Source: an uncultured Armatimonadetes bacterium (GTDB lineage: Bacteria > Armatimonadota > UBA5829 > DTJY01). Taken from it: a stretch of 64,000 nucleotides of DNA. The stretch covers positions 5,302,868-5,366,867 of the forward strand of contig OY970325.1 in NCBI GenBank assembly GCA_963717145.1, given 5' to 3'. A program made the position numbers and the translations under genes. Within the stretch, counting starts at the first letter, position 1. Every line of letters starts with the position of its first letter. Under the pieces are notes generated by a model. The model was not told where the DNA came from. It saw nothing but the letters and a program-made list of their open reading frames with translations, and did no database searches. This document shows, one piece after another, positions 18,089-28,806 of the stretch.

Positions 18089-18132
18089 CATGTTACCACC
18101 AGAGCCGCACGGGGTCAAGACAGCCGCTTGCC

Positions 18133-18161
18133 TTGACACGTGATTGCTCGGCAACTATAAT
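18133..18161 (+). promoter_or_regulatory. Consensus sigma70 promoter for pmm-serS
   Basis: TTGACA-N17-TATAAT. Confidence 0.8.
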
Positions 18162-18199
18162 TCTCGATGTTTGTGCGGTTTCTCAGGGAGGGCTAACCA

Positions 18200-19546
18200 G
18201 TGCAGCAGATCGATCCAAGCATCTTCAAAGCATACGATATCCGCGGGACCTATCCCGATCAGTTCAATGAGGACGTGGCGTACCGAATCGCGCGCGCCTA
18301 TGCCCAGAAACTCAAGCCGAAGCTTGTGGTCGTTGGCAGAGACATGCGCACCAGCGGCCTCAGCATCACCGAAGACGTCATTCGCGGCTTGATGGAGCAG
18401 GGGTGCGACGTCGTCGATATCGGCATGACGAGCACGCCGATGTTCTATCACTCGGTCAATGCGCTGAGCGGCGACGCGGGCGTAATGATTACCGCCTCCC
18501 ACAACCCGGAGGGCTACAACGGCTTCAAGATGACCGGCCCGCAGGCGATCCCTAGCATCGCATATGTCAGCAACGACGAGTTGTATGCGCTCGCGAACGC
18601 CGGGGTGTTCGAGTCCGTCGAGAAGCAGGGCGAGTTCAAAGGGCAGGTCTCGACTCTCGACGGCTACGTGGAGGCGATCTTCAAGGCGAGCGGCGTCAAG
18701 GATTTCGGCGGCCTGAAGATCGTCATCGACGCGGCGAACGGCATGGACGGCATGATCCTGCCCCATCTGCTCGCCAAAGCCAACTGCACGGTGTATCCGC
18801 TTTACTGGGAGGTCGATGGCACCTTCCCGAACCACGAGGCGAATCCCCTCAAGGACGAGACCCTTGATGCTCTCAAGGCGAAGGTGATCGCGGAGGGAGC
18901 GGACCTCGGAGTCGCGTATGACGGAGACGGCGATCGGGTCGGATTCGTCGACGACAAGGGCAACACCGTCCAGGGCGATATCATCACCGCGTTGATCGCG
19001 AAGGAGATGCTCAAAGAGAAGCCCGGCGCGAAGATCATATACGACCTCCGAAGCAGTTGGGCCGTCAAGGAAGAGATCGAGAAGGCCGGCGGAATCCCCG
19101 TCATGTACAAGGTCGGACACGGCCTGATCAAGCGTTACATGCGCGAGATCGGCGCGTACTTCGCAGGCGAGCTGTCGAGCCACTACTACTTCTCGAACTT
19201 CTACATAACCGACAACGGCGACCTTGCCATGCTGAAGGTCATCCAGCTTCTGGTGGACGAGAAGCAGCCGCTCTCGGCGCTTGCGGGTCCGATCATGCGG
19301 TACCATCACAGCCCGGAGATCAACTCCAAGGTTGCGGATGTGAACGCCAAGCTTGCGGAGATCAAGGATCTCTACAAGGATGGCTGTCAGTTCGAGCTTG
19401 ACGGCCTGACCGTGGAGTTCGACGACTGGTGGTTCAACCTGCGCCCGAGCCAGACCGAGCCGCTCCTCCGACTGAACGTCGAGGCGAAGACCGCCGAAGC
19501 GCTGAAGGCGAGGACACAGGAACTGCTGAAGATCATACGGGAGTGA
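18200..19546 (+). CDS. manB: Phosphomannomutase/phosphoglucomutase
   Basis: FKAYDIRG, ITASHNP, DGDGDR, GELSSH, RPSQTEPLLRLNVE. Confidence 0.93.
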   Translation: MQQIDPSIFKAYDIRGTYPDQFNEDVAYRIARAYAQKLKPKLVVVGRDMRTSGLSITEDVIRGLMEQGCDVVDIGMTSTPMFYHSVNALSGDAGVMITASHNPEGYNGFKMTGPQAIPSIAYVSNDELYALANAGVFESVEKQGEFKGQVSTLDGYVEAIFKASGVKDFGGLKIVIDAANGMDGMILPHLLAKANCTVYPLYWEVDGTFPNHEANPLKDETLDALKAKVIAEGADLGVAYDGDGDRVGFVDDKGNTVQGDIITALIAKEMLKEKPGAKIIYDLRSSWAVKEEIEKAGGIPVMYKVGHGLIKRYMREIGAYFAGELSSHYYFSNFYITDNGDLAMLKVIQLLVDEKQPLSALAGPIMRYHHSPEINSKVADVNAKLAEIKDLYKDGCQFELDGLTVEFDDWWFNLRPSQTEPLLRLNVEAKTAEALKARTQELLKIIRE

Positions 19547-19551
19547 CCACG

Positions 19552-19642
19552 CGTGCGGGAGGGAGTTGTACTCCCTCCCGCAGGACGCATGGGGAGTTCA
19601 ACTCCCCCGCGCTGCGGCGTGCCGGAGTGCAACTCCGGCACG
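19552..19642. repeat. Family E composite palindrome, intergenic
   Basis: Three hairpins, each with a GGAGT-NNN-ACTCC core. Confidence 0.85.
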
Positions 19643-19672
19643 AACGACTGGTACCTGATTGGAAGTGTGCCC

Positions 19673-20953
19673 ATGCTTGACCCGAAGATCATCCGAGCGA
19701 ATCCTGACCTGATACGTCAGAGTCTGAAGAACAGGAACAACGACGAGGCGGTCCTCGATCAGTTCCTCGAGGCCGACGAGTCGAGGCGCAAGGTCCTCAC
19801 TGAGGCCGAGTCGCTCAAGGCACAGCGCAACACGGTCTCCGAGCAGATCAGCCAGATGAAACGCGCCGGTCAGGATGCGTCCGCCGAGATCGCTCGGATG
19901 CGTGAGGTCTCTGATCGCATCAAGGAACTCGACGCCCAGGTCCGGGAGTTCGATGAGCGGGTCGAAGCTGCCGCGATGGTGATCCCGAATCCGCCCCACG
20001 AGAGCGTCCCGATCGGTAAGGACGACAGCGACAACCCGATCATTCGAAACTGGGGCGAGCCTCGGAAGTTCGACTTCACGCCCATCCCCCACTGGGATAT
20101 CGTCGCCGGACTCGGGATGGTCGATTTCGAGCGTGGGGCGCGGCTTGCGGGGAGCGGGTTCATCCTCTACACCGGGTGGGGCGCCCGGCTCGAGCGGGCG
20201 CTGATCAACTTCATGATCGACATGCACGTCAATAAGCATGGCTACCGGGAAGTCACTACGCCGTTCGTCGCCAATCGTCCGACCATGACCGGCACAGGGC
20301 AGCTCCCGAAGTTCGAGTTCGACATGTATCGCCTGCCGGACGACGACCTCTTCCTGATCCCGACCTCCGAGGTGACGATCACCAATATCTTCCAGGGCGA
20401 AATCCTCGACGCCGACAAGCTGCCGATGTACATGACCGGTTACAGCCCGTGCTTCCGCCGTGAAGCAGGGGCCGCTGGGAAGGACACTCGCGGGCTGCTG
20501 AGGGTCCATCAGTTCGACAAGGTCGAGATGGTCAAGATCGTGCGGCCCGAGACATCGTTCGACGAATTGGAGAAGCTTACGAACAACGCCGAGGAAGTCC
20601 TGCAGACGCTCGGACTGCCTTACCGTGTCAAGCTGCTCTGCACCGGCGATATGGGATTTGGTTCCGCCAAGACCTACGACCTCGAGGCATGGGCGCCCGG
20701 CGTCGAGCAGTGGCTCGAGGTGTCGTCGTGCAGCAACTGCGTCGACTTCCAGGCGCGTCGCATGAACACCCGGTTCCGACCGGAAGCCGGCGCGAAGCCG
20801 GAGTTCGTTCACACACTGAATGGGTCGGGGGTCGCACTGCCCAGGACTGTCATCTCAATCCTGGAGAACTACCAGCGGGAGGACGGCTCAGTCGTCATCC
20901 CCGAGGCGCTTCGCCCATACATGGGCGGCCTCGAGGTCATCCAGCCTGAGTGA
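19673..20953 (+). CDS. serS: Serine--tRNA ligase
   Basis: [47 protein letters not shown]. Confidence 0.97.
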   Translation: MLDPKIIRANPDLIRQSLKNRNNDEAVLDQFLEADESRRKVLTEAESLKAQRNTVSEQISQMKRAGQDASAEIARMREVSDRIKELDAQVREFDERVEAAAMVIPNPPHESVPIGKDDSDNPIIRNWGEPRKFDFTPIPHWDIVAGLGMVDFERGARLAGSGFILYTGWGARLERALINFMIDMHVNKHGYREVTTPFVANRPTMTGTGQLPKFEFDMYRLPDDDLFLIPTSEVTITNIFQGEILDADKLPMYMTGYSPCFRREAGAAGKDTRGLLRVHQFDKVEMVKIVRPETSFDELEKLTNNAEEVLQTLGLPYRVKLLCTGDMGFGSAKTYDLEAWAPGVEQWLEVSSCSNCVDFQARRMNTRFRPEAGAKPEFVHTLNGSGVALPRTVISILENYQREDGSVVIPEALRPYMGGLEVIQPE

Positions 20954-20954
20954 T

Positions 20955-21034
20955 CCTCGGAGTGCGGTGGCTTGACACCGCTTTCGATGGTGGAGCGAAG
21001 ACCCAAAGCGGCGTCAAGCCACCGCACTCCGAGG
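20955..21034. repeat. Family B REP-like element
   Basis: 30-bp near-perfect inverted repeat almost identical to the copy at 4073. Confidence 0.9.
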
Positions 21035-21043
21035 AGGTGCTCC

Positions 21044-21571
21044 ATGATCTACCTGACGCTGCTTCTTCCCGTGATCGTCGCCATCGCAGTCCTCGGGTTC
21101 ACACGCCTTACAGACGCCAGAAACCGGGTGGATGAGCTTCTATCCGAGGTGAACGTGTACCTGGGCAACCGGCACGATCTGATTCCACCGCTGGTCGAGA
21201 GGGCGCGGGAGTATGCCGACGAAGAGCCCCCCGTCTTCCATGCGCTCGGTCAGATTCGCACGCATTGCATGAGCGTTGGTGGACTTCAGGAGAAGGCCGA
21301 TGCGGAAACCGCCCTGACAGGTCATCTCAAGCAGTTTCTTTCCCTGGCAGGTTGTGCGCCGCCGTTAGTGCAGGACACCCACTTCGCCGAGAATCTCGAA
21401 CGTCTGAGGAAGACTGAGAAACAGATCGCGCACACGGTCGGCGAGTACAACGCAGCGGTTCGGAAGTACAATACCATGCTCGAGACAGGCACGACCGGCA
21501 TGGTCTCCGGCCTTCTCAGCTTCCGTCCCGAATCGCTCTTTGAGGTGAAGCTCGTCACCACAGAGAGTTGA
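21044..21571 (+). CDS. lemA: LemA family protein (divergent)
   Basis: N-terminal TM, RHDLIPPLVE, EKQIA...YNAAVRKYN. Confidence 0.75.
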   Translation: MIYLTLLLPVIVAIAVLGFTRLTDARNRVDELLSEVNVYLGNRHDLIPPLVERAREYADEEPPVFHALGQIRTHCMSVGGLQEKADAETALTGHLKQFLSLAGCAPPLVQDTHFAENLERLRKTEKQIAHTVGEYNAAVRKYNTMLETGTTGMVSGLLSFRPESLFEVKLVTTES

Positions 21572-21584
21572 GTGCTCAGGCAGC

Positions 21585-22421
21585 CTACGGGCCGGGGCCT
21601 CTGACCGGGGTGAGCTTCAGATCCGTACCCCCATTACCGAACTGCTGGAGTTTCATCGCTTCCTTCATCACGACGATGATGCTCACGCGCCGGTTCGAGA
21701 AGTGAGTCGGGTCCTTCGGATTGCGAGGTTGAGTCGCCGCATAACCTCTCACCTGCGCGATCTGTGTCGTCTGCATGCCGGAGAACTCCATCACCTGGCG
21801 CGCCGCGTTCGCACGGTCCGCCGAAAGCTCCCAGTTCGTGTAGCCGTCATCCCGCGCGAGCGGTCGGGAGTCGGTGTGGCCCTCGATAATCACCTTGTTC
21901 GGCAGCTTCTTCAGCTCTCTGGTGATGAGCGCCAGGAGATGCCAGGTGCTCGGCTTGATCTTGGCGCTCGCGCTGTCGAAGAAGAGCGACTCCTTGTTCT
22001 CCAGCAGGTCGATCCTGAGTCCTTCGTTCACGAGTTGGATATCGACGTGCTGCTTGATGTTCTGGAACTCAGGGGCCTTTGCGACCTGCTTCTCGATGCG
22101 TTCCTTTGCCTCCTTGAGTCTCTTCCTCTCCGCGAGTTCGGGCTTGCTGCTCTTCTCGGGAAGAATCGTCTTGGAGGACTCGGAGACCTGGAACGGCGCA
22201 CCACCCGCGGCCACGGCCTTGTTGAATGCGATGGGGTCCTTGAAGTATGAGGCGACGGCTTCCTTGATGGTCGGGCTCATGCCGGTGACCCACATGACGA
22301 GGAAAAAGGCCATCATCGCCGTCACGAAGTCGGCGTAGGCGACTTTCCACGCCCCGCCATGGTGACCGGCGTGGTTCGGCCTCTTCTTGACTATGCGGAT
22401 CTCGCCTTCCTGGCTTCCCAC
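21585..22421 (-). CDS. motB: Flagellar stator protein MotB
   Basis: GGAWKVAYADFVTAMMAFF; OmpA-like IEGHTD, NWELSADRA, NRRV; GTG start after AAAGGA. Confidence 0.95.
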   Translation of the reverse strand: MGSQEGEIRIVKKRPNHAGHHGGAWKVAYADFVTAMMAFFLVMWVTGMSPTIKEAVASYFKDPIAFNKAVAAGGAPFQVSESSKTILPEKSSKPELAERKRLKEAKERIEKQVAKAPEFQNIKQHVDIQLVNEGLRIDLLENKESLFFDSASAKIKPSTWHLLALITRELKKLPNKVIIEGHTDSRPLARDDGYTNWELSADRANAARQVMEFSGMQTTQIAQVRGYAATQPRNPKDPTHFSNRRVSIIVVMKEAMKLQQFGNGGTDLKLTPVRGPGP

Positions 22422-22463
22422 GATGTGGATTCCTTTCCACTCTTTGTGTTGCCGGGGAACACG

Positions 22464-22565
22464 TTCGTTCGGGCAGGAGTTGTACTCCTGCCCGCGCCAC
22501 TTCCGGAGGGAGTTCAACTCCCCGGCTAGTCCTGCGGGCAGGAGTACAACTCCTGCCCGAACGAA
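22464..22565. repeat. Family E composite palindrome between motA and motB
   Basis: 32-bp inverted repeat with central GGGAGTTCAACTCCC. Confidence 0.88.
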
Positions 22566-22573
22566 GGTATTGG

Positions 22574-22613
22574 AAAGCGGAAGGTCCGCAGACTGCGCTC
22601 CCGCACTCCAAAG
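22574..22613. repeat. Family B variant, solo arm
   Basis: AAAGCGGAAGGTCCGCAGAC..CCGCACTCCAAAG, matching the arm at 18051-18088. Confidence 0.75.
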
Positions 22614-23520
22614 CTATGCCGCCTTTGGAAGCTCGACTACCTCACCGCCGCCGGAGGACGACTTGCCTGTGCGTCCCTTGCACGTGTCCTCGACCTCCTT
22701 GAAGCTCGGGCGTCTCTCCGGCTCGATGTTCCTGCGCGCGAATTCCACGCAGATCAGCGGAGAATCCCCACGCGCGAAGGCGACCACCCCGTTCTTGATG
22801 CAGTTCAGGTACTGACCTTCGGACTTCGCGATGGCCTCCGTCGCCTTCGATATCGGGCCGAATACGCCGTAGGAAAGCAGAACGCCAATGAATGTACCAA
22901 CGAGTGCCGCTCCGACCTTCTCGCCTATCTGCTCAGGTGGGCCGCCGATCGCCTGCATGGTGATGACGACGCCCAGGACCGCCGCCACGATGCCGAATCC
23001 GGGCATCGCGTCAGCCGACGGTGCTGAAGACCTGTGACATCTTCATTGCCTCCTCGTGCTGGGTCTCCAGATCGAGGTCCATCAGGTCGGAGAGGTCGTA
23101 CATGTTGACACCGCCCATGATGACGACTTTCATCGTGTCCGAGAAGAACTCGATCGCGTGGTGATTCTTCATGAACGACGGATAGTTCTGCAGGATATCG
23201 GAGTGCTCAGGGTTCTCAACGTGCTTTTCCAGGGCGATCAGTCCCTCCCGGCGGCCGAGTTGGAACACCTGATACATCGCCTGAAGCAGTTCCATATATG
23301 CGGACTTCTTGTAGGGATTGCCCTTGAGGAGACCGATCACCGCCGTCAGCATGCCGACAGCGGCCTTCGGGGAGTAGCCGATGATGACGCTGGCCAGCCC
23401 GTCGCCGCCGATGATGATGAACTCGTTGATCTGCATAAGGGCCGCGACTTTGCCGCCATGCATAGTATAGCCGATGAGCAGGCTGGCAAAGAGTGCGACT
23501 ATGCCTACCAGAAGAAACAT
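22614..23520 (-). CDS. motA: Flagellar stator protein MotA, one frameshift near 23015
   Basis: RREGLIALEKHVENP, MPGFGIVAAVLGVV, AALVGTFIG, VEFAR; an extra G turns ...GTC GCT GAC into GTC GGC TGA. Confidence 0.92.
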
Positions 23521-23745
23521 ATATAATACTCCCCGGTTCCGAAGGCCACGCGATCGCGAAATCCGCCCTGGGATGATCCGGCCCATGCCCATCATAAGAA
23601 AGGCATGGGTGTCCGGCAAGGCGGAAAGGACATGCCACGCAAAGGGAATATTCCATCAACGAGCGTGAAACCCGGTATACTTTTTGGGTTGCGAGGCCCT
23701 CCAGATGCTTCGGTAGCAGAACGAAGTGGCGCTGCCGAAGCATCG

Positions 23746-23806
23746 AACACGGCGAACCATGTTGGGGAGGGAGTCCAACTCCCTCCCCAACATGGTTCGC
23801 CGTGTT
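23746..23806. repeat. Family E perfect 29-bp hairpin
   Basis: AACACGGCGAACCATGTTGGGGAGGGAGT-CCA-ACTCCCTCCCCAACATGGTTCGCCGTGTT. Confidence 0.9.
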
Positions 23807-23833
23807 GCCGCTTGATCTGCCTCATGGTATAAT
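23805..23833 (+). promoter_or_regulatory. Sigma70-type promoter for cdsA
   Basis: TTGCCG-N17-TATAAT with TGn extension. Confidence 0.6.
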
Positions 23834-23871
23834 GACCGCACACTTCCGACGCTTGGACTGAGGTTGACTGC

Positions 23872-24711
23872 ATGATCGCCAGGATAATCAGTGGCTTAGT
23901 GGGCATCCCATTGCTCGTGCTGCTCGTGTTTACGGAGAAAGGTCTCCCGTTCATCCTGGGCGTGGGCGTCATCTCGATCGTCGGCGTCCTCGAGTTCTAC
24001 CACGGCATCAGGAAGACCGGCGCTCGCCCCCAGGTCTGGCTCGGTCTGACATGTGCATTTCTCTTCCTATTCGCCGCGCGCCAGGGACTGAAGTCGCTCG
24101 AATTCGAACTCCCTGCGGTCATCACACTCCTCGTGATCGCGAGCCTGTCCATCGAGCTGATCCGCCCGGACCGAGCGCCGATCAAGAACCTCGGTGCGAC
24201 ATTTCTGGGCGCGGTGTACGTCGGATGGCTGTTCAGCTATCTCGTAGCCCTGAGGAGCCTGACGGGGAATGACGTACACGTGGCCTTGTTCAATCGCGAT
24301 CTGCAGTTGGGCGCATGGCTCGTTCTCTACGTCGTCTTCACAGCGTGGGCGGCCGATACGGGTGGATACTTCGTCGGGCGGAAGTTCGGGCGGCATAGGT
24401 TCGCGCCGGTATTGAGTCCTGGCAAGAGCTGGGAAGGTCTGATTGCGGCCGTAGTCGCCTCTTCGCTGATGAGCGCGCTGATGGGCGGGCTGATCGGTTG
24501 GCCGTGGTGGCAGACGATCCCGGTCGGCATCGGGATCGCTCTCGTGAGTGTTGTCGGCGACCTGGCGGAATCGGCGATGAAGCGCGACATCGGGATCAAG
24601 GACTTCGGCACGGTGCTTCCCGGCCACGGAGGCATCCTCGACCGCTTCGACGGCCTCCTCTTCGCCGCGCCGCTCTTCTACTACTACGTGATCACGTTCC
24701 TCATGCGCTGA
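23872..24711 (+). CDS. cdsA: Phosphatidate cytidylyltransferase
   Basis: DTGGYFVG, SPGKSWEG, GDLAESAMKR..IKDFG..LPGHGGILDRFDG. Confidence 0.96.
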   Translation: MIARIISGLVGIPLLVLLVFTEKGLPFILGVGVISIVGVLEFYHGIRKTGARPQVWLGLTCAFLFLFAARQGLKSLEFELPAVITLLVIASLSIELIRPDRAPIKNLGATFLGAVYVGWLFSYLVALRSLTGNDVHVALFNRDLQLGAWLVLYVVFTAWAADTGGYFVGRKFGRHRFAPVLSPGKSWEGLIAAVVASSLMSALMGGLIGWPWWQTIPVGIGIALVSVVGDLAESAMKRDIGIKDFGTVLPGHGGILDRFDGLLFAAPLFYYYVITFLMR

Positions 24712-24713
24712 AC

Positions 24714-27557
24714 CTACTTGTCCACCGGGATAGTGGTGGATTCCGCCGGGGCGTTCCACGCGGTTGCCGTGAACTCCAATTTGCCCCTGACCGGCTCGAT
24801 CAGTTCCTTCCTGACGTACTCGTAGAACGGCTCGATACTCCGATCGATCTCGAACTTCACGCGCTTCGACTCGCCGGGCATCAGCATGAAGTAGTTGTCG
24901 TCGCACGTGTACCGGCACTCGGCGTTCGTGATCTCGATCCCAATGTGGAAGGCCGGCTTGTCTCCGATGTTGGCGACTTCCAGAACGGCACTCGCGCAGT
25001 GCTGCTTCCCCGACGGAAGGTAGTCATCGCGGGAGAAGTCTATCTGCCTGGTGATCGGCGTGATCCGGAGCTTCGTCGGTGAGTTCTTCAACTCGGTGAG
25101 CCACGGCCCGTGGTCCCGGCGAGTCGGCACATCGGTCACGAGTTTGGCGCGCTCGGTGCTGATCCAGAACGGGTAGACCGATCGTGACACCACCTTGCCG
25201 GCGTTGTCCTTCAGGGAGACGCAGACCAGAGCCACCTGATTCGTGGTCGAGACAGGGATCTGCCAGGTGAACGTGCCAAGGAGGAGCGTCGAGGGGCCGC
25301 GCTCGAGGCTGCTCATACTTATGCGCTCCCTATGAAGCAGATCGAACTTCGAGTCGAGCACCTGCACCTCGGCCGCGTGAGCGCCGAGGGGATGATCGAG
25401 GTCGCTCACGACGTACACGCGTCCCTTGAATTCCTCGCCCGGCTCATAGAGCTTTGTGAACGCGGTCAGCGGCTGAACCGGCATCTTGACGAATTCCCTG
25501 GCATCGAGCTGCATCAGCACGTGGAGCGGCTCCTGTGCGCGCTTGTAGTAGTATGCGCACGGCTGCACGACTCCATAGTAGTCGGCCGGCCCCCAGATGA
25601 TCGACATCGGCCAGATCGGCGCGTAGTCCCACGAGGCATAGAGGCTCGGATGCGGCCATCGAGACCGATACGTCTCCATGATGTAACTCGTCGTGTATCC
25701 GCCGCAGACCTGCGAGAGTTCGAACGCCTCGTCCATGGTGCGCGGGTTGCCGTAGAAGACCCATTGGGGCATCAGGACCGTCAGGTCTCCGGGCCAACTC
25801 ATTGCCTCGAGTCTTCCGGTCAGAGCCGTGTGGAACACGAACGGTCCCCGTTTCGAGGCGTCCAATCGCGCCGATACATCCGGGGGCAGGAACTGGTCGA
25901 GTCCCTCCGCTGTCACCGGCGGCCAGGCCTTGACATCGGCTTCGGGTAGGAACATCTTGAGCGACCGGTCCCGTATGATGTTGCCTGCGTAGACTCCCGA
26001 ATACTCCGTGCACGCCGCAGGATTCTGTCCGCCGTAGTACCCGCTCTCGTCGTTGTAGTGCGGGTCGTTGACGTACTGAGCGGCCCGGCTGAACGGCCGT
26101 GTGCCGTCGTACTTGGCGACGGATTCCTCGAACATGTCCACGATCATCTTGGTGTCATCGGCCGTGTTGTCCGGGTTGAACTCGTTGCCGCCGCACCAGT
26201 GGATCAGCGACGGGTGATTCCGCAGCCTCAGGATGGATGTCACGGTCTGAGAGCGCCAGACATCCGGGTGTTCGCCAGAGATGCCCATGTTCGAGATCAT
26301 GAACTCCTGCCAGACCATCATGCCCATTCGATTGCATAGGTCGTAGAACTCGTCGGTTGCGATCGTCCCCGCGCCGTGGAGCCGGATGAAGTTGAAGTTC
26401 AGGTCCTGCGCGACCTTGATGAACCAGGCGTCCTTGCGCGCATGATAGCGGTATATCTGGTCGTGCGCGGAGTAGCCGCCCGCGCCTCGCATGGAGATCA
26501 GCTTGCCGTTGACTTTGCACATGAATCGGCTGTTGACTTCGGAGTCGAGGCCGGGGTTCTGCTCATACTCGAGTGTACGGATGCCGAATGTCGTGGAGAT
26601 CGCATCCGAGGCTTTCCCGTCGATGCCTGCCCGCAGTTCGAGCCGGTACAGGTTCGCGTCGCCCATTCCATAGGGCCACCACAGCTTCGGATCGGGTACC
26701 CGGAGTTGGTACTTGAGGGTCTGCTCTCCCTGCGTCGGATCGATCGGGATGGAGAACTCTTGCTTCTTCCCCTTGAAGTTCTCGCCGGTGATGATCCCGC
26801 TGATGACGGCATCTTTCGCACCAAGCATATCGACCGCGATCTCCAGAGTCGCCTCCCTATCGTTGAGGCTGACGGTCTTCACGAACGGGTTCTCGATCCT
26901 CACCGGCCCGGTCGCCACCAGCCGGACTCCGCGCCAGATTCCACGCGGGCTGATGTCCGTCTGATAGTGCCACTTCATGAAGATCCATCCCTTGAACACC
27001 TTGCCCGGCTCGTCTGTCCCTCCTGGATGTATCTGCACGACCACCTCGTTCCTCTCACCTATCCGCACGAGCGACGTCACATCGTGCACCGGGCCGCCGA
27101 ACAATCCCTCGTGGTCTCCGAGGAAGTGACCGTTGATCCAGACGCTCGAATAGTAGTCGACCCCATCGAACCCGAGAACGATGGTCTTGCCGGCCCAATC
27201 CTTCGGGACCACGACGGACTTCTTGAACCACCAGTCCTGCTTCTCGGTCCATCTCGATTTGCCGGCGTTGTCGCTCCAATACGGATCCTCGATGACGCCG
27301 GCCTCCAGCAGTCCCGAGCGGACCGAGCCGGGGACCGTGACCGTGTGCCACTCCCAGCCCGCCATGTCGGGGAGCATCGTGGCGGTTTCAGCATCGCGTC
27401 CCGACATCTGCCACTTGCCTGTGAGATCGATCTGCTGCGATTTCGAGCTTCGGGATTGCAGTCGTTCCATCTGTTCTCCTCCGATGGCCGCGGATGACAG
27501 GATCATCCCGCAGATGAGTAATGACGCGAAGAGGGACTTGGTCAGGTAGGTGTTCAT
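24714..27557 (-). CDS. Secreted GH2 glycoside hydrolase (beta-mannosidase-like)
   Basis: FDGVDY, GIWRGV, PKLWWP, FGIR, GMMVWQEF, LRNHPSLIHWCGGNE. Confidence 0.88.
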   Translation of the reverse strand: MNTYLTKSLFASLLICGMILSSAAIGGEQMERLQSRSSKSQQIDLTGKWQMSGRDAETATMLPDMAGWEWHTVTVPGSVRSGLLEAGVIEDPYWSDNAGKSRWTEKQDWWFKKSVVVPKDWAGKTIVLGFDGVDYYSSVWINGHFLGDHEGLFGGPVHDVTSLVRIGERNEVVVQIHPGGTDEPGKVFKGWIFMKWHYQTDISPRGIWRGVRLVATGPVRIENPFVKTVSLNDREATLEIAVDMLGAKDAVISGIITGENFKGKKQEFSIPIDPTQGEQTLKYQLRVPDPKLWWPYGMGDANLYRLELRAGIDGKASDAISTTFGIRTLEYEQNPGLDSEVNSRFMCKVNGKLISMRGAGGYSAHDQIYRYHARKDAWFIKVAQDLNFNFIRLHGAGTIATDEFYDLCNRMGMMVWQEFMISNMGISGEHPDVWRSQTVTSILRLRNHPSLIHWCGGNEFNPDNTADDTKMIVDMFEESVAKYDGTRPFSRAAQYVNDPHYNDESGYYGGQNPAACTEYSGVYAGNIIRDRSLKMFLPEADVKAWPPVTAEGLDQFLPPDVSARLDASKRGPFVFHTALTGRLEAMSWPGDLTVLMPQWVFYGNPRTMDEAFELSQVCGGYTTSYIMETYRSRWPHPSLYASWDYAPIWPMSIIWGPADYYGVVQPCAYYYKRAQEPLHVLMQLDAREFVKMPVQPLTAFTKLYEPGEEFKGRVYVVSDLDHPLGAHAAEVQVLDSKFDLLHRERISMSSLERGPSTLLLGTFTWQIPVSTTNQVALVCVSLKDNAGKVVSRSVYPFWISTERAKLVTDVPTRRDHGPWLTELKNSPTKLRITPITRQIDFSRDDYLPSGKQHCASAVLEVANIGDKPAFHIGIEITNAECRYTCDDNYFMLMPGESKRVKFEIDRSIEPFYEYVRKELIEPVRGKLEFTATAWNAPAESTTIPVDK

Positions 27558-27594
27558 GCTGCTCTGTTCCCGTGAGACGATCGATTCTCCTCGG

Positions 27595-28806
27595 TCAGAT
27601 CTCGGAGAACGGGACCGCCGTGATATCCGGGGCGAGCGGCAAGACCCTGTCGCCCAGGTATACAAGCCAACCGGTGTCCGTCTTGTCAGAGTAGTCGCGC
27701 ATGAAGGAGACTAGACCACCAGCCATTGCGGGCCGAGGAGTGGCGGCCTGCTTCACCTCCACCGGAACAAGTCGTCCCTGCTGCTCCACTACGATGTCCA
27801 CCTCGGCGCCATGGGTCGTTCGCCAGAAGTAGACCCGCGGGTCGGCTCCGTGGTGGAGCGCGTTCTTCACGACCTCCATCAGGACCGCGGTCTCGGCGAT
27901 AGCGCCTCCCATTGGACCGGACGAAGCGTGCTCGGGATCGCGTAGCCCGGCCAGGTAACAGAGCACTCCGGTATCTGTGAAGTAGACCTTGGGCGTTTTC
28001 ACCAGTCGCTTGCCCACATTGTTGAAGTATGGGCGGAGGACGATCACCTGGTAGGTCGTCTCCAGTATCGACAGCCACGCCTTGGCGGTGTTGACGGCGA
28101 TCCCGAGGTCACGCGACACATCCGACAGGTTGAGCAACTGACCGTTTCGGGCGGCCAGCACGCGAAGGAAGCTTTGAAACTGCGTCAGGTCGCCGATCTG
28201 CTTCAGTTCGCGGACGTCCCTCTCGAGGTATGTCTGGACGTAACTGGAGTGCCACAACGTTGCATCTCTGTCCGCCTCGGCGGCGAGTTCCGGGTAACCG
28301 CCTCTCAGGAACTGCTTCCACAGATCCGGCAGCGATGCCTCTTGCTTCCTTGACGCATAGCCCGGCTCCCAAGGCAATACGGCCTGCGGATCACCCCACA
28401 GCTCGTGGAACGAAAGTGGCAGGAGCTTCAATATCGCACTGCGACCGGCGAGTGACTCTGTCACCCGTGTCATCATCAGCAGATTCTGCGACCCCGTGAT
28501 GAGGTACTGGCCCTTGCGCGACCGGTTGGCGTCGATGGTTTCTTTGATGTAGGGCAGCAACTCCGGAGCGTACTGCACTTCATCGATGATGACCGGAGGT
28601 GGGTTGATCGCCAGGAAGCCGCGAGGGTCGGCAGATGCCGATGCCCTGATGTCCGGGGGCTCGAGGGAGACATAGCGATACCGGTCACCGAACATGTTCT
28701 TGAGCAACGTTGTCTTGCCCGACTGTCTAGGCCCTGTCAGTACGACCGAGGGGAAATCGGCTGCGGCCTGGCGCAACACCGGTTCGAGCGTTCTCTTGAT
28801 GTACAT
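27595..28806 (-). CDS. AAA+ ATPase with DUF4143 (AAA_14) and a C-terminal PD-(D/E)xK-like motif
   Basis: GPRQSGKT, IDEVQ, ESLAGR, GGYP, KTPKVYFTDTG, EVDIV...VEVK. Confidence 0.9.
   Translation of the reverse strand: MYIKRTLEPVLRQAAADFPSVVLTGPRQSGKTTLLKNMFGDRYRYVSLEPPDIRASASADPRGFLAINPPPVIIDEVQYAPELLPYIKETIDANRSRKGQYLITGSQNLLMMTRVTESLAGRSAILKLLPLSFHELWGDPQAVLPWEPGYASRKQEASLPDLWKQFLRGGYPELAAEADRDATLWHSSYVQTYLERDVRELKQIGDLTQFQSFLRVLAARNGQLLNLSDVSRDLGIAVNTAKAWLSILETTYQVIVLRPYFNNVGKRLVKTPKVYFTDTGVLCYLAGLRDPEHASSGPMGGAIAETAVLMEVVKNALHHGADPRVYFWRTTHGAEVDIVVEQQGRLVPVEVKQAATPRPAMAGGLVSFMRDYSDKTDTGWLVYLGDRVLPLAPDITAVPFSEI

Noticed and set aside
16358..18136. Long antisense ORFs (e.g. 16358-18136, 54994-56439, 8455-9750)
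   Set aside because: Shadow ORFs opposite well-supported genes, expected in GC-rich DNA; no motifs
23005..23020. In-frame TGA in motA as selenocysteine or programmed recoding
   Set aside because: The downstream half is in another frame; deleting one G restores the conserved VADAMPG, so it is a simple indel
21585..23520. MotAB as ZorAB (Zorya anti-phage system)
   Set aside because: MotA has normal length with no long ZorA tail, carries classical stator motifs, and has no zorC/D/E neighbours
23612..23650. c-di-GMP-I riboswitch (GGCAA..GAAA..ACGCAAAG-like words)
   Set aside because: Stems around the GAAA loop do not pair, and the orientation is opposite to motA
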